From the human T2T-CHM13v2.0 reference genome, Homo sapiens, in NCBI RefSeq assembly GCF_009914755.1, contig NC_060946.1: a stretch of DNA of 64,000 nucleotides. One strand, 5' to 3'. Within the stretch, counting starts at the first letter, position 1. Every line of letters begins with the position of its first letter. A model generated the notes under the pieces. It did no database searches and was not told where the DNA came from. It saw nothing but the letters and a program-made list of their open reading frames with translations. The translations under genes were made by a program, and so were the position numbers. Below, in pieces: positions 54,737 to 64,000 of the stretch.

Positions 54737-55950
54737 GTGCACCCCTGGTGCAGGCACTTGACACCCAGGCTTCCCTGGGCCCCTCGAGGCAAGAGGTCAC
54801 CCCCTTTCCAGGGCAGAGCCACACCCCCAACTCAGCTCTGGGCAGGGTCCCGTCTCCGAGGTTACTGGATCAGCTCCATCCTGGGACAAGGAAAGAGGAC
54901 TGACCCACAGACCAGAGCACCTCAGATCTCCGGCTGCAGGGCCACAACGGTGGGCAGAGGTAGAGAGCGGGCCAGGGTGCAGGGCAGAAGTGTCCGAGTC
55001 CAAGTCCACATCCAGGTGTGCTGCCTGCCCTAGCGTCCTCAAGGCCAAACCACCCACCCACCCACCCCCAGCCTCAGGAAGCTGCTGTGGGTCCCACATC
55101 CAAGGAGAAAGCCCCTGCCCATGCTCATGTGGTTGCCCTTTGGCCCACTGGAGCCGCCAGTCTGAAACACCCCTCAAGGCATCAGGAACCGAGGAGAGGG
55201 AAGGCAACAGCACACCCACCCCGGCTCCAGCTTCTTGCCAGATATGGCTGCTGGCCTTGGGCGCCCACAGATTCACACGCACCACATCACATGTGCCCTG
55301 ACATATGAACACGGGGAGTGCACGCTCATCCACACGTGCCCACACACACCCACGGGTGAACACAAGACTCCAGGCAGCTTTTCTCATTTGACACCTGGTG
55401 GTTGTCCCTGCCCAGCCTGGTGGCACACTGGCTCTGCCTCTCCTCTTAGACCTGTGGGTCTCAGCAGTGACCAAGACAGCCCCCTACCTCCAGGCTGAGC
55501 AGCTCTAACCACTGAGACCTCTCCCTTTGAGTCTCCCGGGGTCCCGGCCCCAGCGCGTCCTCCAGAAAGCCCTGGGACAGAAGAGAGCCCAAGGCTGACA
55601 CTCCCTTGGGTCGGCCTGGGACAGACAGGGGAACTCCGCAGGGGAACCCCTTTGGCATCTAGGACCCCACAGTCAGGTCCCAGTGGAGAGTGCAGTAGCC
55701 AGAAGAGGACAGGAGGACCAAGGTAGGCCCAGGGACACTTGTGCCCAGACTCCTACACATGGCAAGCACATGTACACACATGTTTGTGCATGCATACATG
55801 CGTGTAGATTCTCCTGAAGGCGAGGGGTCCTAGGCCAGAAGTCTGTGACCATAGGAGTGTGGGAGGTGCCTCTCGAGGAAACCAGGCCAGCTGTGGAAGG
55901 GTGCAGGCCCAAGCCCCTCCACAGGCTCTCAGGGGCTGCTGGGCAGCACC

Positions 55951-61295
<5,345 letters not shown>

Positions 61296-64000
61296 GTCCG
61301 GAGCAGCCGCCGCTCCGCCCGGGCCCAGCCCCGCGCCCCGCGCCCGCGCCCGAGCCGAGCCCGAGCCGAGCGGAGCGGAGGGCGGCGGAGGCGGCGGCGG
61401 CGGCGGGCGGGGCGGGGCTCCGGGGCGGGGCCGGGAGGCCCGGGCGGATTTCCCGGGCTGGGTGGCCGGGGCGTGGGGGGGTTCCCGGAGACAAATGCGC
61501 TGCTTCCTGCGCCTCGGAGGCGGTGGCAGAGCGGAAACCAGCCCTCCCCTTCCCGGGGGGGGCGCCGAGGGCGGACACCTCCCTCCGGCTCTCACCTCTT
61601 GGGGGCCGCGCGCTTCTCCAGACTTGCGCCCGCGTCTGGGCTCGGCCCGGGCTTCCCTACCCCGGCGGCGCCCTCCCCAACGAGGGAGAACCGTCAAAAG
61701 CGAAGAAGCCAGGGGTAAACCATGGGAAGTATTTTTCAAGACAGAAATATGAATAGCACCTTCTAAAGACTCGGCACTGGATAGGAAAATAAGCCGAAAG
61801 GCGTTGGGACAGGGCCGGCCTGGCTTTCTTGCGCAGGACCTGCAGGCCTTGGTCCGCGGTGCGCCCCGGGAACCTTCCAGGCCTCCTGCCCCGGCTCGCC
61901 CTGACCTCCCCTCTGAGAGAGGCGCGACCGCTGGACTGTCAGGACCAGGGACAGCGGCGTCACCCCGGGGCCTTCCTACCCACAAGCAGCGGCCCCAAAC
62001 GGATCCTTTTTGCTGCCCAGAACCTTTCCTCCTCCTTAGCGGCCACCTCTTCTAGGAAGCCCACCCTGACTATCCCAGGTCCGAGGAGCCGCCTTTGGGT
62101 GCAGGGTCCTTGAAGTCAGCCCCGCGGGCGGGCAGGCGCGGGGGGCTGCCTTGGCGGTGACGGGGGCAGCGCCCCACTCGGCGTCTCTGCCGCGCTCGGG
62201 GCCGCACAGCTACTTTTATTCCCACTTGAAAGCGACCGGGGCTCGGCGGAGCATTGCTCCCTGGAACACCGGCCACCGACCTCCGCCCTGGTAGAGCCGT
62301 GGTGGGAGGCTTCGCGGCTGGGCGACCCCCTCCAGCGAAGTGAGAAATCAGGATCCCAGTGGCCCAAAACACTCCTTTTTTAAAACACTAAAATCCGAGT
62401 TTTAATGTCAAATCTGATTTTTATATATCGGCAACCAAATTAAAACAGCCAGCACGGTGCTGGCCACCGGACCCATGCGGACCGCGGCGAAGGAACGGGT
62501 CTCAGTCCCAGCCGCTCCGGCCCCTTTTGCATGACCAAGCCCCGTGCCTCAGTTTCCCCATTGGAAGCCGGCATCCGGCTGGGGGCCTGGCGCGGGCCCG
62601 GGGATGGCCCCTCTCCTCGCTCGGGCTGGGTTGGGGCGAGGACACGGGCAGCCTCCCCGAGGGCCCCCGCCCGGGAGCGCCTTTCACTGGGCCCGGCCGA
62701 GGCGGGCCGAGGTTTTGTGCAGAGTTAATGGAGCTTCAGCTAAAGGAGGAGGAGGCCGGAGCGCAGCCCCGGAGCTGTGGGAACCGCGGCCGCGGCCGCC
62801 GGGGGAGGGGAGCGGCCTTTGTCTGCGCCGCGGCCGGGCGGGGCGGGAGTCGGGTTCCCATGGCGACCGGCCCCGCCCCTGCGCCTCCCCGTGGACTGGG
62901 CGGCTCCGTTCTCGCCCCTAGGATGGGGGACATGGAGGTGGGGAGGTGTCAGGCTTCCCCCAGGCGTCCGCCCGCAATCCTCGCGGCCTCGCTGCAGGCC
63001 CCGGCCGCTCAGCAGGTCAGGCGGGCGTGTGGGGTGGGGGTGGGGGCGGGGGGCGGTGGAAACGGGCCCCTCTCATCACTGAGCTGACCTGCCCCGGGAA
63101 CCCCCTGCCTGCCCAGGCATTAGAGGTCCCGCCCATGTGCCTACTGGGGACAGTGTGGGGTCGTGGCACTGCAAGGGAGTGATCACTGAGGAGTTTCGGG
63201 TGGCGTCAGGGCCTGGAGGCCATCTTCCAGGAGAGGCACCTTCAGAGCTCGGCGGGGGCAAGGGAAGCCCCCCTGGAGGGAGCCGCCGGTGGAGGACAGT
63301 CCCAGGCCCAGAGGGGAAGCGGCAGGGGAGCCAGGAAGGGCCGGTGGCAGGGCAGGAGTGAGAAGCCCTGGGCCAGAGGCGCCTCTCCTACCCAGCTGAT
63401 TCGCTGTGGCCCCTGAATACAGCAGGCCACCCCTTCTCCGTGCTCATGCCCCCACCCCACCCCCGCTGGTCCTGGCCACCCCTCCTCACTGGAGCTGTCA
63501 CTGTGACAGCTCCTCTCTGGTCCTGCTGGTCCCTCCCAGCTGGCCTCTTCCTGCAGTCAGTGAACTTCCTAAAAGGCAAATCTGGCCTTGCTCACCGGGA
63601 GACCAGGCGATGGTGGTCGCGGAGCTGATTTAGCAGGGGACTTGTCCTGCCTGTAAGAAGCAAGCAGGATGTAGCCTTGGGCTGTTAAGCTACCCGCCAC
63701 CTCTCCTCCCACCACTCTGGGAGGAAAATGGGACTTGGAAAGCACCAGGAAGGACAGGCCACCCCTCGTCTGTCGCCAGCTGACCACTCCAGCCCACCGC
63801 ATGCACCCCAGCAGCTATGCCCAGCTTCTACCCGGTGCCTGCCCCCACCCAGATGCTGGACTGCTGGGCCTGCAGCCTCTCCCCAGCCCCAAGTTTCATG
63901 TGTGTGGGGTCTCACTGACCCTTCCCTTCTTTCCTGACTGCCCAGTGGGACAGGGAAGAGGTGGACTGCAGGGGTCTAGTACGGAAGCCAGGCCTCCAGG

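Overview
This is GC-rich, Alu-dense primate genomic DNA. From the translated exons it is the human 22q13.33 cluster. It holds the 3' half of SELENOO on the + strand, tail-to-tail with four head-to-tail minus-strand genes (transcription order MAPK11, MAPK12, HDAC10, TUBGCP6). I assembled exons by hand from splice signals. The four complete genes give intact frames of 364, 367, 669 and 1819 codons, so most entries in the six-frame ORF track are artefacts. Signals the ORF track does not explain: an in-frame UGA selenocysteine codon with a downstream hairpin and a non-canonical (CC) SECIS; a GC-AG intron; paralogous U12-type introns in both p38 genes; the 81-bp coding repeat of TUBGCP6; a solo ERVK-type LTR nested in an Alu; minisatellites apparently amplified from L1 sequence; tandem repeats that copy splice sites; and weak polyA signals that could allow read-through. 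I see no clearly new gene system. The best leads are regulatory or splicing hypotheses, flagged as inference. Repeat boundaries and family names are by eye and approximate.
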